A stretch of DNA of 32,900 bases from a virus: the IMG/VR virus record IMGVR_UViG_3300017733_000025. One strand, given 5' to 3'. The notes under the pieces were generated by a model. It was not told where the DNA came from. It saw only the letters and a program-made list of their open reading frames with translations, and did not search any database. Shown here piece by piece: positions 32,183 to 32,900 of the stretch. Each line of letters begins with the position of its first letter. The stretch's first letter is position 1. Position numbers and translations under genes: made by a program.

Positions 32183-32404
32183 TTATTTCCTTTTCTTGTA
32201 CTCCGCCTCAGTAATTGCTCTTTGTTTATTTAATTCGGTTTGTTCAAATATATAAAAAGCAACCCATTGCTCATACTCTAATGAACTCATTCTAGTGATT
32301 AATTCGCCCCGTGTCATTCCTAGTTCCCGAGCAAGTTTAAATTGGAAATAGAAGTCGCTATTAGTCTTGAAATTCGTCCGCGTCTGCGGAACCTCCGATT
32401 CCAT
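32183..32404 (-). CDS. Tail assembly chaperone, downstream (T-like) ORF
   Basis: Overlaps the end of the upstream chaperone ORF by 44 nt, has no SD of its own and abuts the tape measure. LGMTRGELITRMSSLEYEQWVAFYIFE resembles the lambda gpT-type segment. Confidence 0.55.
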   Translation of the reverse strand: MESEVPQTRTNFKTNSDFYFQFKLARELGMTRGELITRMSSLEYEQWVAFYIFEQTELNKQRAITEAEYKKRK

Positions 32405-32708
32405 TTAATTCGTTAATAGCTAAAAATATACGATCAACAATGTTTGAATCTTTGTTATATAGCTCATTAATTAAATCGTCATCAAGTTCGGGATCAATAA
32501 CGCATGTTTTTAATAATTCTTTTTGATAATCAAAAGCGTCTTTTCCCTCGTCATCAAGAATACGACCCAAATTAATTTGCATTTGTTTGGAAATGCCTTT
32601 GAGCTTTATAGAAACGCCCCATTCTTGAATTATAAATTCTTGTTCGGGAACGTTCGGCAGACTACTAATTGAATCTGCCGTTAGTCTTTTAATATTTTTA
32701 TTTGTCAT
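32361..32708 (-). CDS. Tail assembly chaperone, upstream (G-like) ORF
   Basis: 115-aa acidic protein between the tube genes and the tape measure. Confidence 0.55.
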   Translation of the reverse strand: MTNKNIKRLTADSISSLPNVPEQEFIIQEWGVSIKLKGISKQMQINLGRILDDEGKDAFDYQKELLKTCVIDPELDDDLINELYNKDSNIVDRIFLAINELNGIGGSADADEFQD

Positions 32709-32732
32709 TTGTGCGTCCTAACTAATCAAGTT

Positions 32733-32900
32733 CTAATGAGTACCGCGTGTTACCGCACCCGAAACTTGCATATCTGCGCTAAAACCAACAACATCTCCTA
32801 CGGGAGAAGAAGTTGAGTATGAGGTTATAAATGCCTCGCCTGTATATTTTATTTTACCGCTTGCAGTTCCTTCGGGTGAATACTCATAAGAAAGCGAACC
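32733..32900 (-). CDS. Short tail-tube paralogue, C-terminal part (same gene as 1-366; 32778-32900 duplicates 1-123)
   Basis: The reading frame is continuous through the junction and ends ...GFSADMQVSGAVTRGTH with TAG at 32733-32735. Confidence 0.75.
   Translation of the reverse strand, partial: GSLSYEYSPEGTASGKIKYTGEAFITSYSTSSPVGDVVGFSADMQVSGAVTRGTH
32778..32900. repeat. Terminal direct repeat, copy 2 (identical to 1-123)
   Basis: See copy 1. Confidence 0.9.

Noticed and set aside
1-32900. Temperate lifestyle / prophage features (integrase, CI-like repressor, attP), DGR, retron, toxin domains, stop-codon recoding
   Set aside because: No tyrosine or serine recombinase, reverse transcriptase or repressor-like motifs appear in any frame. 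All large genes are uninterrupted under the standard code. Absence is judged by eye only.

Overview
The window is a complete, circularly closed genome of an AT-rich tailed dsDNA phage. The first 123 nt equal the last 123 nt, so the unique length is 32,777 bp. It has an HK97-type head module and a long non-contractile (siphovirus-like) tail gene set. All but two confident genes are on the minus strand.

Early/middle block, read on the minus strand, 21422->12145:
- a leaderless 53-aa ORF
- a secreted SLT/lysozyme-like protein
- a promoter-to-terminator noncoding cassette
- a translationally coupled Mom-like acyltransferase + ParB-like nuclease-domain pair
- a PD-(D/E)xK-like nuclease, an HTH protein, a Rad52-like annealase and a wHTH replication organiser
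- about 20 tightly packed mini-genes, many of them zinc ribbons

Late block, 12070->1 and across the junction 32900->23570:
- TerS, TerL, portal, MuF-like protein, prohead protease, major capsid protein, connectors
- a SprT-like moron with its own promoter
- tail terminator, two paralogous tube proteins, a chaperone pair, tape measure, distal tail protein, fibre
- three tandem paralogous ~180-aa proteins
- a DUF5675-like putative hydrolase and a string of small membrane proteins

The plus strand carries a metallophosphoesterase (21518-22729), a ~510-bp noncoding region with two phased repeat arrays (ori-like), and a self-contained 61-aa cassette.

I recognised no integrase, repressor, DNA polymerase, helicase/primase, tRNA or CRISPR array.

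Best candidates for something new:
1. The promoter / repeat-rich noncoding / terminator cassette placed directly in front of an SD-less Mom-like + ParB-like pair (19163-20828). This may be a regulated DNA-hypermodification module.
2. The iteron arrays next to the oppositely oriented metallophosphoesterase.
3. A 28-bp promoter/operator motif reused six times, often with an ATG exactly 6 nt after the -10 box (leaderless).
4. The SprT-like moron inside the structural operon.
5. The triplicated distal-tail paralogues.

All functional calls come from motif recognition by eye. No database search was run.
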